64,000 nt of DNA. Origin: Candidatus Methylomirabilia bacterium (lineage in GTDB: Bacteria > Methylomirabilota > Methylomirabilia > Rokubacteriales > CSP1-6). Where the stretch lies: contig JBGQEL010000007.1 of assembly GCA_041496385.1 (NCBI GenBank), positions 23,799-87,798 of the forward strand. The letters run 5' to 3'. Positions 47,063 to 56,926 of the stretch are shown here, one piece after another; position 1 is the stretch's first letter; every line of letters starts with the position of its first letter. The notes beneath the pieces are model-generated. The model saw nothing but the letters and a program-made list of their open reading frames with translations, did no database searches and had not been told where the DNA came from. The translations under genes and the position numbers were made by a program.

Positions 47063-47259
47063 GAACTCCCTCCTCGGATTCGCGCGTATTGTACTGGGCT
47101 CGGCGGCGGCACGATAGCCGGCTTCATCGTCGGAGGGACTCATCTCGGCTATTACTATAGGTGTCCAAAATTGTATAAGTAATTGGAAAAGATGATATTT
47201 ATCGGTCACGTCACACGTGAGAAGTTCCAACCGTGGCATCTTGTGGTAGAAAGCTCGCG

Positions 47260-50200
47260 ATGAATCGATTCCCGGGCATGGGCCGCCGGATCCGCCAGCG
47301 GCTCAAGGTGACCGGCTACTGGAAGAGCGGCCGTCCGGACATTGCCCGCTTCTGCGTCGACAAGTCTTACCGGCCCCAGTATCTTTACGCCTGGCTCGGT
47401 GACCGGGTGCCGAGCTACGAGAACCTCGTCCGCCTCGCGCGGGACCTGAACGTCCCGCCGGAGTGGGTCATGTTCGGGACCGGGGCGACCGAGCGCTCGC
47501 CGCGGCCCGAGGGCGGGGAGGGGTCGAAGGCTTCGCCGCGGGCCCAGATCATCGACTTCACCCGCCTGCGAGAGGTCACGAGCCGGCTCGTCCGGCTCGA
47601 AGCCGAGCTCGAGGCGATCTTCCGCGCCTTCCCCGACTTCTACTTCTGGCTCGACGCCGACGGAACCTTCCTCGCCTGGCAGGGCGGGCGAGGCTCCGAG
47701 CTGCACGTGTCCCCGGATCTCATGCTCGGCAAGAGGATCGCCGACGCCTTTCCCGCGGAGGCCGCGCTGCCCATCGAGCGCGGGGCGCGGGAGGCCGCGG
47801 CCTCCGGAGGCGTCGTGTCGGTCGAGTTCGCGCTGGGGGCACGCAGCTACGAGACGCGCTTCCTGCCGCTCGGCGACCGGCCGTCGAGCACCCGCCAGCT
47901 GCTCATGATCGTCCGGGAGATCACCGAGCGCACGCGGGCGGAGGCGGCGGCGGGCGCCCTCGCCCGCGTCGGGCACGAGCTGGCGAGCACGCTCGACCCC
48001 GCCGAGGCGACCGAGCGCGTGGTGTCCACCGTGCTCGACCTCTTCCGCGTCCGTCGCACCAGCCTCTTCCACCTCGACCCCGCCTCGCAGAGCCTCGTCT
48101 GCGTGGCGATCGCGGGTGAGGGCGATCGCGACCGGTGGGTGGGTCGCGTCGTCCCGCCGGGCGGCGGCATGGTGCAGCGGGCGATCCGCGAGGGGCGCCC
48201 GGTGTGGTCCCGCGACGTCAGCGTCGAGAAGAACGTCGACGCACCAGCGTGGCTGCGCGAGCGGGGCGCGCTCGAGGGCCACCGCTCGGTCGTTGCCGTG
48301 CCGCTCGTCTCGCGCGGCGAGATCCTCGGTGTGCTGGCCCTCGCGTCGGACTCGGAGCGGGTGTTCACCCCACCCGAGCTGGGCCTGCTCTCCGGATTCG
48401 CGGACGCGGCCGCGCTCGCCCTCCAGAACGCGCGTCTGTACGAGGAGGCCCGCCGGCGGCGCCGCGAGGCGGAGGTCGTCGCGGAGCTGGTGGGACGGAT
48501 CAACGCGTCGCTCGACCTCGGCTCCGTGCCGCAGGCCGTCGTCGAGGGCGCGCTGGAGCTGTGCGGCGCCGCCCTCGCCATGATCGCCCTGCGCGAGGCG
48601 CCCGGCGCCGAGGCCATGGTCATGCGCTACTGGGCCGGCTTCAGGAATCCGCGCCTCGCCGGGCTCCGCATCGAGCCCGGGAAGGGGATCGGGGGACTGG
48701 TGCTCGAGACGGGCCGGCCGTTCCGCACCGACGACTACGCCGCCGATCCGCGCCTCACGAAGGACTACCTGGCGAGCGTGCAGGGTGACGAGATCACGAC
48801 CGCGCTGGTCGTCCCGATCCAGATCGATCAGCGCGTGGAAGGGCTGCTCTACGTCCACAACCGCGAGCCCCGCGCGTTCACCGATCGCGACGAGGCCGTG
48901 CTGGCGCGCCTGGCCGAGCACGCCGCGGTCGCGATCCGCAACGCGCGCGTGTACGAGCTGAGCGAGCGGCGCCGGCAGGCTGCGGAGGCGCTGGCGGACG
49001 TGGGCCGCCTCGTCACCCAGTCACTCGACCCGGACGTGGTCGGACAGCGGATCGCCGACAGCGTGTTGCGGCTGTTCGGTGCGCGGGCGTCGGCGATCCT
49101 GCGCGTCGAGCCGGTCTTCGGCGACCTGCTGACGATCGCGGTCGCCGGCGAGGTGCTGCCCGGGGTCTCGCGCGGCCTGACCCTCCCCGCCGGGGTCGGC
49201 GTGTCGAGTCGCGCGGTCCACACGCGGCGGCCCGTGGTGACGGCCGATCTTCTTGCCGATCCGGCGATCACCATTTTCCCCGCGTTCCGCAACGGGCTGC
49301 AGTCCTCGGGGTACCGCTCGGCGCTCGCGGTGCCGCTGCTCGGCCGCGACGGCGTGACCGGCGCGCTCATGGTCCGGGACCGGACGGGGCGCCGCTTCGA
49401 CGACGAGGACGTGCGGCTGTTGCAGGCCTTCGCCGACCATGCCGCCCTCGCGCTCAACAACGCGCAGGAGTTCAGCGACACGGAGCGGGCCCGGGCGCAG
49501 GCGCTCGCGGCCGCGGTCCGCTCGGAGCAGCGATTCGAGAGCCTCGTGCGCGGCCTGACCGCGATCGTGTGGGAAGCGGACGCGGCGACCCGGCAGACGC
49601 TCTTCGTCGGCCACGCGGCCGAACGGATCCTCGGCTACTCGCTCGAGCGCTGGTACACCGAGCCCGACTTCTGGCTCAACCACCTGCACCCGGCGGACCG
49701 GGGGCGGATCGAGACGAAGCGGGCCACGCCCGTCGAAGACTACGAGCTCGAATACCGGATGATCGCCGCCGACGGGCGCGTCATCTGGTTCAGCGACTTC
49801 GTTCATGTGATCCCGCACGAGGACGGGCGCACACGCTGGCTCCACGGCGTCATGGTCGACATCACGGAGAGCAAGCTCGCCGCCGAGGGAACCCGGGCGC
49901 TGGGCGATATCGCGCGCGTGCTGGCGGAGTCACCCGACCGGGAGGTGGTCGCGCGGCGGATCGCGGACGGCGTCCGCCGCCTGTTCGGTGCGCCGGTCGC
50001 GACGCTTCACAGGACGGGACCCGACCCCGACGGCATGGCCGTTCTGGCTCGGGGACGCGGCGAGCGCGACGAACCGGACTGGAGCCGCTTCATGCCGCCC
50101 GCGACGGGACTGCTCGGCCTGGCGATGCGCGAGCGGCGGGCGGTCTTCTCGCCCGACATCCTGAGCGACCCGCGCCTGGCCTACACGTCCGAGTTCCGCG

Positions 50201-50409
50201 CGCGCATCGAGCGCGGCCCCGTCCGTGCGGTCCTGGGCGTGCCGCTGATCGCGCGTGGCGAGGTCGTCGGCGCGCTCGCCGTCGGCGATCTCGCCGGCCG
50301 CACGTTCGGCGAGCCGGAGACGCGCCTGGCCCAGGCCTTCGCGGACCAGGCCGCCCTCGCGCTCGCGAGCGACTTCCGGCCCGGCGCGCCGCTGCGGGGG
50401 GCGGACTGA
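47260..50409 (+). CDS. XRE-type HTH + PAS + 3 GAF + PAS + GAF multi-sensor protein
   Basis: N-terminal PSYENLVRLARDLNVPPEWVMFG; repeated VPL...G.L...F...LL..FAD.AALAL.NA GAF ends; HPADR PAS. Confidence 0.85.
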   Translation: MNRFPGMGRRIRQRLKVTGYWKSGRPDIARFCVDKSYRPQYLYAWLGDRVPSYENLVRLARDLNVPPEWVMFGTGATERSPRPEGGEGSKASPRAQIIDFTRLREVTSRLVRLEAELEAIFRAFPDFYFWLDADGTFLAWQGGRGSELHVSPDLMLGKRIADAFPAEAALPIERGAREAAASGGVVSVEFALGARSYETRFLPLGDRPSSTRQLLMIVREITERTRAEAAAGALARVGHELASTLDPAEATERVVSTVLDLFRVRRTSLFHLDPASQSLVCVAIAGEGDRDRWVGRVVPPGGGMVQRAIREGRPVWSRDVSVEKNVDAPAWLRERGALEGHRSVVAVPLVSRGEILGVLALASDSERVFTPPELGLLSGFADAAALALQNARLYEEARRRRREAEVVAELVGRINASLDLGSVPQAVVEGALELCGAALAMIALREAPGAEAMVMRYWAGFRNPRLAGLRIEPGKGIGGLVLETGRPFRTDDYAADPRLTKDYLASVQGDEITTALVVPIQIDQRVEGLLYVHNREPRAFTDRDEAVLARLAEHAAVAIRNARVYELSERRRQAAEALADVGRLVTQSLDPDVVGQRIADSVLRLFGARASAILRVEPVFGDLLTIAVAGEVLPGVSRGLTLPAGVGVSSRAVHTRRPVVTADLLADPAITIFPAFRNGLQSSGYRSALAVPLLGRDGVTGALMVRDRTGRRFDDEDVRLLQAFADHAALALNNAQEFSDTERARAQALAAAVRSEQRFESLVRGLTAIVWEADAATRQTLFVGHAAERILGYSLERWYTEPDFWLNHLHPADRGRIETKRATPVEDYELEYRMIAADGRVIWFSDFVHVIPHEDGRTRWLHGVMVDITESKLAAEGTRALGDIARVLAESPDREVVARRIADGVRRLFGAPVATLHRTGPDPDGMAVLARGRGERDEPDWSRFMPPATGLLGLAMRERRAVFSPDILSDPRLAYTSEFRARIERGPVRAVLGVPLIARGEVVGALAVGDLAGRTFGEPETRLAQAFADQAALALASDFRPGAPLRGAD

Positions 50410-50413
50410 CGGG

Positions 50414-51910
50414 TTACGGCTGGAGCGTCGCCTGGTGGAAGGGCATCCACTGGTCGGAGCGCGGCGTCCAGGTCAGGCGCGCGCGCGTGGCGTAGATGTC
50501 CACCTGCTGGAGCAGGAAGACCCAGGTCGCGTCCTCGACCATCGCGCGCGCCAGCTCGCCGTAGACCGCGCGGCGCTTCGCCCCGTCCATCGTGGACCGT
50601 CCGAGGTCGAAGAGCTGGTCCACCCGCTCGTTCTTGTAGTAGAGCCCGCGCCCCTTCGACGAGACCAGGTTGTAGAGCTCGTCCGCATCCTGCATGGGGC
50701 CGCCGAGGCCGAGCAGGTACGCATCCTGGAACTGTCTGCCCAGGTAGCGCTTGAAGTAGGCGCCCCACTCCGCCATCTGCACCTTCGGCCTGAAGCCGGC
50801 CTTCCGCCATTGCCCGCCAAGCGCCTCGGCGATCTCCTTGTCTCCCTGATAGCGCCCGGCGGGCGACTCGAGCACGATCTCGAGCCCGTCCGGGTACCCG
50901 GCCTCCGCGAGGAGCCGTCGGGCCCGCGCCGCGTCGGGCGCGTAGCCCTTCACCGCCGCGTCGTAACCGAACATGGCCGGCGTCAACGGCCCGCCCGTCC
51001 GCCGGCCGTTGCCGTCCAGGACGTTCGCGACGATCGCGTCGACGTCGGTCGCGACGTTGAGCGCCTGGCGCACGCGGACGTCCGAGAGCGGCTTCCTGAG
51101 CGCGTTGAGGCCGAGGTAGATCTGCCACGTGCTCGGCACCCGATGGACGCGAATGCCCGGGACGCGGTCGAGCTCGCGCGCGAGCGTGGGCGGCACCGTC
51201 GTGATCAGGTCCACCTCTCCGGCGCGGAGCGCGGCGGCGCGGGTGAAGGGCTCCGGGATCGGCCGGAAGACGATGCGCGCGATCTTCGGCGCGCCCCGCC
51301 AGTGACGGTCGAAGGCCTCGACGACCAGGCGCTCGTCCTTGACGAGCTCGACGAACCGGTACGGCCCGGTGCCGACGGGCCGCAGCGCTATTCCGCGGTC
51401 GCCCTTCTCGGTGGTGTACCGCGGCGGGACGATCGGAAAGTCGATGAGCCGGTTGAGCAGCGCCGCGTAGGGTTGCCGCGTCACCAGATTCAGGGTGAGA
51501 TCGTCGAGGACATCCACACGGACGATCTCGGCGATGTTGGCGCGGTTCGGCGATTTCTGGTTCGGGTCGAGCACGCGCTGAACGGTGAAGCGCACCGCCT
51601 CGGCGTTGAACGGCTCGCCGTCATGGAAGACGACGTTGCGGCGGAGCCGGAGCTGCCAGGTCGTGTCGTCGAGCAGCCGCCACGATTCCGCGAGCTCGGG
51701 CACGATCCGACCGTCCGCGTCGCGCCCGACGAGCGAATCGAAGACGGTGACGCCGACCGCCGCGCGGATGGACGACAGGTTCATCGTCGGGTCGAGCGTC
51801 TCCGGCGTCCAGGGAATGGCCACCCGCAGCTCGCCCCTGGGATCGGCGGCGCCGGCGGGCACGACGGCCAGGAGCACGGCGAGTGCCGCGACCCGGAGCC
51901 CGGCGGTCAC
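50414..51910 (-). CDS. ABC transporter substrate-binding protein, family 5 (peptide/nickel-like)
   Basis: PELAESW, LRRNVVFHDG, PVGTGPY, DVRVRQAL. Confidence 0.92.
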   Translation of the reverse strand: MTAGLRVAALAVLLAVVPAGAADPRGELRVAIPWTPETLDPTMNLSSIRAAVGVTVFDSLVGRDADGRIVPELAESWRLLDDTTWQLRLRRNVVFHDGEPFNAEAVRFTVQRVLDPNQKSPNRANIAEIVRVDVLDDLTLNLVTRQPYAALLNRLIDFPIVPPRYTTEKGDRGIALRPVGTGPYRFVELVKDERLVVEAFDRHWRGAPKIARIVFRPIPEPFTRAAALRAGEVDLITTVPPTLARELDRVPGIRVHRVPSTWQIYLGLNALRKPLSDVRVRQALNVATDVDAIVANVLDGNGRRTGGPLTPAMFGYDAAVKGYAPDAARARRLLAEAGYPDGLEIVLESPAGRYQGDKEIAEALGGQWRKAGFRPKVQMAEWGAYFKRYLGRQFQDAYLLGLGGPMQDADELYNLVSSKGRGLYYKNERVDQLFDLGRSTMDGAKRRAVYGELARAMVEDATWVFLLQQVDIYATRARLTWTPRSDQWMPFHQATLQP

Positions 51911-52893
51911 GCGCGCCTCTGCGTCACCGCCTCGATGACCGCGTCGAGGTGCGCCTCCGGCACGTCGAGCGGCAGCACGCACCCCGGTGCCAGGATCACC
52001 CCGCGCCCGCCCGCCTGGCGGAGCGCGTCACCGACCTCTCCGGCGATCGCGGCGGCAGGGCCCAGTCGAAGCGTCCCGCCCTCGCTGAGGCCGCCGACCA
52101 GCGCGCCGCCGAAGCGCCCACGCGCCTCGCCGAGCGTGGGCGTCGTGAGCCGATCGTGCCAGTTGATCGCGTGGACGGGCAGGGCGGCCAGCCGCTCGAA
52201 CGCGATATCGCGGCCGTGGACGTGGAGCATCAGGAGCGGGGTCCGGGTCGCGACCGCCTCGACGAGCCGGCGCGTGGCCGGCAGCTCGACGCGCTCGAGC
52301 TCGTCGGCGCTCACGACGTCCAGGCTCGCCGTCTGCGTCGCGAGGAACAGCCCGTCGGCGCCCGCCTCCAGCGCCGCCGCGGCGTAGCGCGTCACCGTGC
52401 GGGTGATCGCCTCGAGCGCCGGCGCGACCGCCTCGGGCCGGGCGCGGAGATCCTCGTGCAGGCGATCGCCGGCGAGCTTCCGCGCGATCGTCAGGGGCGA
52501 GAAGACGGTGTGGAGGACGGGCGCGTCGTCGTGCCGGCCGCGCAGGATCAGCCGGAGCGCGTCCAGCTCGCGCCCGAGCGCGCCCGCGCCCGGGTCGAGC
52601 TCGCGGATGCGCGCCCAGTCGGCCGGCGCCTGCACCGCGTGCTCCGTGCACTGCTTGGCGCCGCTCGGCGCGCCCGCGTAGGCGACCCGGCAGCCCCAGT
52701 CCTCGACACAGTAGACGCCGCTCGACATGACCTTGACGAAATCGAGGTCGAAGCGCCGGTGGAACGCGAGCATCGCCTCGGCGAGCCCCTTGGCGGTGTG
52801 GTCCACGTGGGGCGCGTGCCGCCAGAACGCGACGGGTGCCCGATCCACCGGCGCGCGCGCGAGCGCCGCGAGAACGCGTTCGCGTTTCGTCAT
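51907..52893 (-). CDS. Uroporphyrinogen decarboxylase-fold protein (URO-D family, not canonical HemE)
   Basis: VDRAPVAFWRH, TVFSP, MLHVHG, ILAPGCVLP. Confidence 0.8.
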   Translation of the reverse strand: MTKRERVLAALARAPVDRAPVAFWRHAPHVDHTAKGLAEAMLAFHRRFDLDFVKVMSSGVYCVEDWGCRVAYAGAPSGAKQCTEHAVQAPADWARIRELDPGAGALGRELDALRLILRGRHDDAPVLHTVFSPLTIARKLAGDRLHEDLRARPEAVAPALEAITRTVTRYAAAALEAGADGLFLATQTASLDVVSADELERVELPATRRLVEAVATRTPLLMLHVHGRDIAFERLAALPVHAINWHDRLTTPTLGEARGRFGGALVGGLSEGGTLRLGPAAAIAGEVGDALRQAGGRGVILAPGCVLPLDVPEAHLDAVIEAVTQRRA

Positions 52894-52999
52894 GCGGCCA
52901 GTCTAGCATGTGGGCGCGCGCGCGCTCCGCGCCGGGCCTCGCGCGCTTGACTTCGCCCCGCTTTGGTCTGACATTTGCCGCATCACAGGGAGGCTCGCC

Positions 53000-54208
53000 A
53001 TGACACGGACTCTCACGCTCGCAGCGTTCGCCGGCCTCGTCCTCGTCGCGGGCACGCCGGCCGCCGCGCAGGCGCCCATCAAGATCGGGGAGATCAACTC
53101 GTTCAGCGGCATCGGTGCGCCCTTCACGGGACCGTACCGGCAGGCCGTCGAGATGGCCGTCGAGGAGGTCAACGCCAAGGGCGGCGTGCTCGGCCGCAAG
53201 GTCGAGGTGATCTTCCGCGACGACAAGGGCCAGCCCGCGGAGGCCCAGAAGCACGCGCAGGAGCTTGTCGCCTCCGAGCAGGTGGCGCTCATCTCGGGCA
53301 CGTTCCTGTCCAACGTGGGGCTCGCCGTGTCGGACTGGGCGAAGCAGAACAAGGTGCTGTTCGTCGCCTCCGAGCCGCTGACCGAGGCGCTCACCTGGTC
53401 CAAGGGTCACGACCACGTGTTCAGGGTGAGGCCGAACACGTACGAGCAGGGACGGATGCTGGCCGAGAAGGCCGGCAAGATGAAGCACACGAAGTGGGCG
53501 ACGATCGGACCGAACTACGAGTACGGCAAGCGGGCCTGGGAGACCTTCCGTGAGCGGCTGAAGGAGCTGAAGCCCGACGTGCAGATCGTGGGCGAGCATT
53601 GGCCCGCGCTTGGCAAGCTCGAGGCCGGGCCGTTCGTGACCGCGATCCTGAACCAGAACCCCGACGCGCTCTACGTCTCGCTCTTCGGCTCGGACTGGAT
53701 CGCGTTCGTCCGCGAGGGGGACAAGCGCGGCCTCTTCAAGAAGACGTTCGTCGTCGGGATCCTCCTCGGCGAGCCCGAGTACATGGACCCGCTCAAGCTC
53801 GAGGCGCCGGAGGGCATGCTGGTCACCGGCTATCCCTGGTACGACATCCAGGCGCCGGCCCACAAGGACTTCGTCGCACGCTTCACGAAGCGGACCGACA
53901 AGAATCCGGTGCTCGGCTCGCTGGTCGGCTATGTGACCTATCTCTCGATCTTCGAGGCGATCCGGAAGGCGGGCAGCACCGACACCGAGAAGCTGGTCGC
54001 CGCGTTCCGCGGCCTCAAGGTCGAGACGCCGATCGGGCCGATCGGCTACCGCGCCGTCGACGGCCAGTCCACGATGGGAGCCTGGGTCGGGACGACCAAG
54101 CTCGACGCGAAGCGCGGCGTCGGCGTCATGGTGAATCACGAATACGTGCCCGGCGAGCGCGTGCTGCCCTCGGACGACGACGTCAAAAAGATGCGCGGGG
54201 GCAACTGA
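53000..54208 (+). CDS. Branched-chain amino acid-type ABC substrate-binding protein
   Basis: Signal peptide; IKIGEINS, PNYEYG, VTGYPW. Confidence 0.92.
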   Translation: MTRTLTLAAFAGLVLVAGTPAAAQAPIKIGEINSFSGIGAPFTGPYRQAVEMAVEEVNAKGGVLGRKVEVIFRDDKGQPAEAQKHAQELVASEQVALISGTFLSNVGLAVSDWAKQNKVLFVASEPLTEALTWSKGHDHVFRVRPNTYEQGRMLAEKAGKMKHTKWATIGPNYEYGKRAWETFRERLKELKPDVQIVGEHWPALGKLEAGPFVTAILNQNPDALYVSLFGSDWIAFVREGDKRGLFKKTFVVGILLGEPEYMDPLKLEAPEGMLVTGYPWYDIQAPAHKDFVARFTKRTDKNPVLGSLVGYVTYLSIFEAIRKAGSTDTEKLVAAFRGLKVETPIGPIGYRAVDGQSTMGAWVGTTKLDAKRGVGVMVNHEYVPGERVLPSDDDVKKMRGGN

Positions 54209-54231
54209 TCGTATCAGCGCGCGCGTGAGGT

Positions 54232-54305
54232 GCGGCGGGGCGGGGTGTGGGTTCTGAAACCTGTCGTGGTTATCAGGTTTCAGGGCCCCCGCCCCGCCCC
54301 GCCGC
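54232..54305 (+). repeat. 32-bp-arm intergenic hairpin between the SBP and permease genes
   Basis: Arms 54232-54263 and 54274-54305, 10-nt loop, 3 G-U pairs and 1 mismatch. Confidence 0.85.
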
Positions 54306-54330
54306 CCGTCGACTGACGGGCTAGCCGATC

Positions 54331-56163
54331 GTGTCGTTCTCGCTCATCGTCATCCAGCTGCTGTCGGGGCTCGCGCACGCGATGGTCCTGTTTCTCATCG
54401 CCGCGGGGCTCTCGCTCATCTTTGGCGTGACCCGGATCGTCAACTTCGCCCACGGCTCCTTCTACATGCTCGCCGCGTACCTCGCGTACACGCTCACCGC
54501 GACGCTGCCGCTCGGTCCGGCGGCGTTCTACGTCGCCGTGCCGCTCGCCGCCGCGGCGACGGCCCTCGTCGGGCTCGTCGTGGAGGTCGGCCTCCTGCGC
54601 CGGGTGTACCGCGCGCCCGAGCTCTACCAGCTCCTGCTCACGTTCGCCCTCGTCTTCGTCGTCGCCGACCTCGTCCGGCTCGTCTGGGGCACCGAGAACA
54701 AGACCGGCCCGGCGGCGCCGGGCCTCGCCGGGTCGGTGCCCATCCTCGGGCAGCTCTTCCCGACCTACGAGCTCGCGCTGATCGCGCTCGGCCCCCTGGT
54801 CGCGGGCGGTCTCTGGTGGCTCTTCTACCGCACCAGGTGGGGCATCCTGATCCGCGCGGCGACGCAGGACCGCGAGATGGTCGCGGCGCTCGGCGTGAAC
54901 CAGGCACGCCTCTTCACCTCGGTGTTCGTTCTCGGCTCCTTCCTCGCGGGCCTGGGCGGCGCGCTCCAGGTGCCCCGCCAGGCGCTCACCAACGTGATGG
55001 ATACCGCGATCATCACCGAGGCGTTCGTGGTGGTCGTCGTCGGCGGCATGGGTTCCGTGCCGGGGGCCCTGCTCGCGGCGATCCTGATCGGCGTCATCGA
55101 CGCGTTCGGCGTCCTCGTCCTGCCCAAGGCGTCCCTCGTGATGGTGTTCGTCGTGATGGCGGTCGTGCTCGTCGTCCGTCCGTGGGGCCTCCTCGGCCGC
55201 CCGGAGACGCAACAGCGGACGGCGGGCGGTGCGGCCCTGACCGCGTCGGCGTTCGCCGTGCCGCGAGCCTGGCTCGCCGCCGGCGCGGCGGCGCTCGTCG
55301 CGCTGCCACCGCTCCTGCCCACGTTCTACGTCTGGGTGCTGGTCGAGATCCTCGCGTTCGCGCTCTTCGCCGCGAGCCTGCATCTCCTGATGGGCACCGG
55401 CGGCATGGTCTCGTTCGGCCACGCGGCCGCCTTCGGGCTCGGCGCGTACGGCGCGGCGCTGCTCGTCACGTGGGCCCGGGCCCCGATGCTCGCGGCCTTC
55501 GTCGCCGCGCCGCTCGTCGCGGCGCTCGGCGCCGCGCTCTACGGCTACTTCTGCGTCCGCCTGTCGTCGATCTACTTCGCGATGCTGACGCTCGCGTTCG
55601 CCCAGATCGCCTACGCGATCGCGCATCAGTGGTACGACGTCACGGGTGGCGACAACGGGCTGCTCGGCGTCTGGCCCGCCCGCTGGCTCGCGACGCCGCT
55701 GCGCTACTACTACTTCTCGCTCGCCGCGTGCGGCGGCGGCATCGCGCTCCTGTCGCTCGCGGGGCGCTCGCCCTTCGGCCTCACGCTGCGCGCGGTGCGC
55801 GACCACGCGCGGCGCGCCGAGGCGGTCGGCGTCGACGTCCGCGCGCACCAGTGGATCGCGTTCGTCGTCGCCGGGTTCTTCGGCGGGCTCGCGGGCGGGA
55901 CCTTCGTGTTCCTCAAGGGCAGCGTCTTCCCGAACGCGCTCGCCGTGCCCATGTCGGTCGAGCCGCTCGTCATGGTGCTCCTGGGCGGCGTCCAGGCCTT
56001 CGCGGGCGCGCCGCTCGGCGCCGCGGTCTACAAGGTTCTCGACACCGCGGTGACGCGCTACACGGAGTACTGGCAGCTCGTCCTCGGCGCGATCCTGATC
56101 GCGCTCGTGCTGGCGTTTCCGCGCGGCATCCTCGGCGTCCTCGCGGCGCGCCGCCGTGACTGA
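54331..56163 (+). CDS. Fused LivH-LivM ABC permease
   Basis: VNFAHG and VSFGHAA halves in one ORF. Confidence 0.92.
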   Translation: MSFSLIVIQLLSGLAHAMVLFLIAAGLSLIFGVTRIVNFAHGSFYMLAAYLAYTLTATLPLGPAAFYVAVPLAAAATALVGLVVEVGLLRRVYRAPELYQLLLTFALVFVVADLVRLVWGTENKTGPAAPGLAGSVPILGQLFPTYELALIALGPLVAGGLWWLFYRTRWGILIRAATQDREMVAALGVNQARLFTSVFVLGSFLAGLGGALQVPRQALTNVMDTAIITEAFVVVVVGGMGSVPGALLAAILIGVIDAFGVLVLPKASLVMVFVVMAVVLVVRPWGLLGRPETQQRTAGGAALTASAFAVPRAWLAAGAAALVALPPLLPTFYVWVLVEILAFALFAASLHLLMGTGGMVSFGHAAAFGLGAYGAALLVTWARAPMLAAFVAAPLVAALGAALYGYFCVRLSSIYFAMLTLAFAQIAYAIAHQWYDVTGGDNGLLGVWPARWLATPLRYYYFSLAACGGGIALLSLAGRSPFGLTLRAVRDHARRAEAVGVDVRAHQWIAFVVAGFFGGLAGGTFVFLKGSVFPNALAVPMSVEPLVMVLLGGVQAFAGAPLGAAVYKVLDTAVTRYTEYWQLVLGAILIALVLAFPRGILGVLAARRRD

Positions 56164-56926
56164 GCCCGCGCTCGCCGCGGGCGAGCCGCTGCTCCGCGTC
56201 GGCGGCGTGCGCCGGGCCTTCGGGGGCGTCCGCGCGGTGGACGGCGTCAGCTTCGACCTGCCTCGCGGCGAGATCCGCGCGCTCATCGGCCCGAACGGCG
56301 CCGGCAAGTCCACCTTCTTCAACATCCTGACCGGCCAGCTCCGCGCCGACGGCGGCACGGTACGCTACGGGGGCCGCGAGCTCCTCGGACTGCCGCCGCA
56401 CGCGATCTGGCGGCTCGGCGTGAGCCGCACCTTCCAGATCACCGCGACCTTCGCCACGCTGTCCGCGCTCGAGAACGTTCAGGTCGCGCGGCTCTCCCAT
56501 GCGGGTCGGAGCCGGACGCTGCTGCGCCCGGCGGCGGGCCTCGAGGCTGTTGCCGCGCGCGGGCTCCTCGAGCAGGTCGGCCTCGCGGACCAGGCGCGGC
56601 GTCCGGCGGGCGTGCTCGCCTACGGCGATCTCAAGAAGCTCGAGCTCGCGATCGCGCTGGCCAATGACCCGGCGCTCCTGCTGCTCGACGAGCCGACCGC
56701 GGGCATGGCGCCGCCGGAGCGCGGCGCGCTGATGGCGCTCACCGCCTCGATCGCGCGCGTGCGCGGTCTCACCGTGCTCTTCACCGAGCACGACATGGAC
56801 GTCGTCTTTGCGACCGCCGAGCGCATCATGGTGCTCCACCAGGGGCGGGTCATCGCCGAGGGCCCGCCCGCCGCCGTGCGCGCCCACGCCGAGGTCCAGG
56901 CGGTGTACCTGGGGGAGGAAGCGTGA
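56156..56926 (+). CDS. ABC ATP-binding protein (LivG-like)
   Basis: GPNGAGKST, LLLDEPTAGM, EHDM. Confidence 0.93.
   Translation: MTEPALAAGEPLLRVGGVRRAFGGVRAVDGVSFDLPRGEIRALIGPNGAGKSTFFNILTGQLRADGGTVRYGGRELLGLPPHAIWRLGVSRTFQITATFATLSALENVQVARLSHAGRSRTLLRPAAGLEAVAARGLLEQVGLADQARRPAGVLAYGDLKKLELAIALANDPALLLLDEPTAGMAPPERGALMALTASIARVRGLTVLFTEHDMDVVFATAERIMVLHQGRVIAEGPPAAVRAHAEVQAVYLGEEA

Noticed and set aside
47113..47152. Hammerhead-like GATGAGTC-CCTCC-GACGA on the minus strand within an ATAGCCG/CGGCTAT inverted repeat
   Set aside because: Lacks the CUGA and GAAA core nucleotides
47234..47249. TGGCATCTTGTGGTAG as a sigma-54 promoter
   Set aside because: No GC at the -12 position; better read as an extended -10 before ATG 47260
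51907..52893. Calling this gene hemE
   Set aside because: Lacks the MRQAGR signature and has no heme-pathway neighbours
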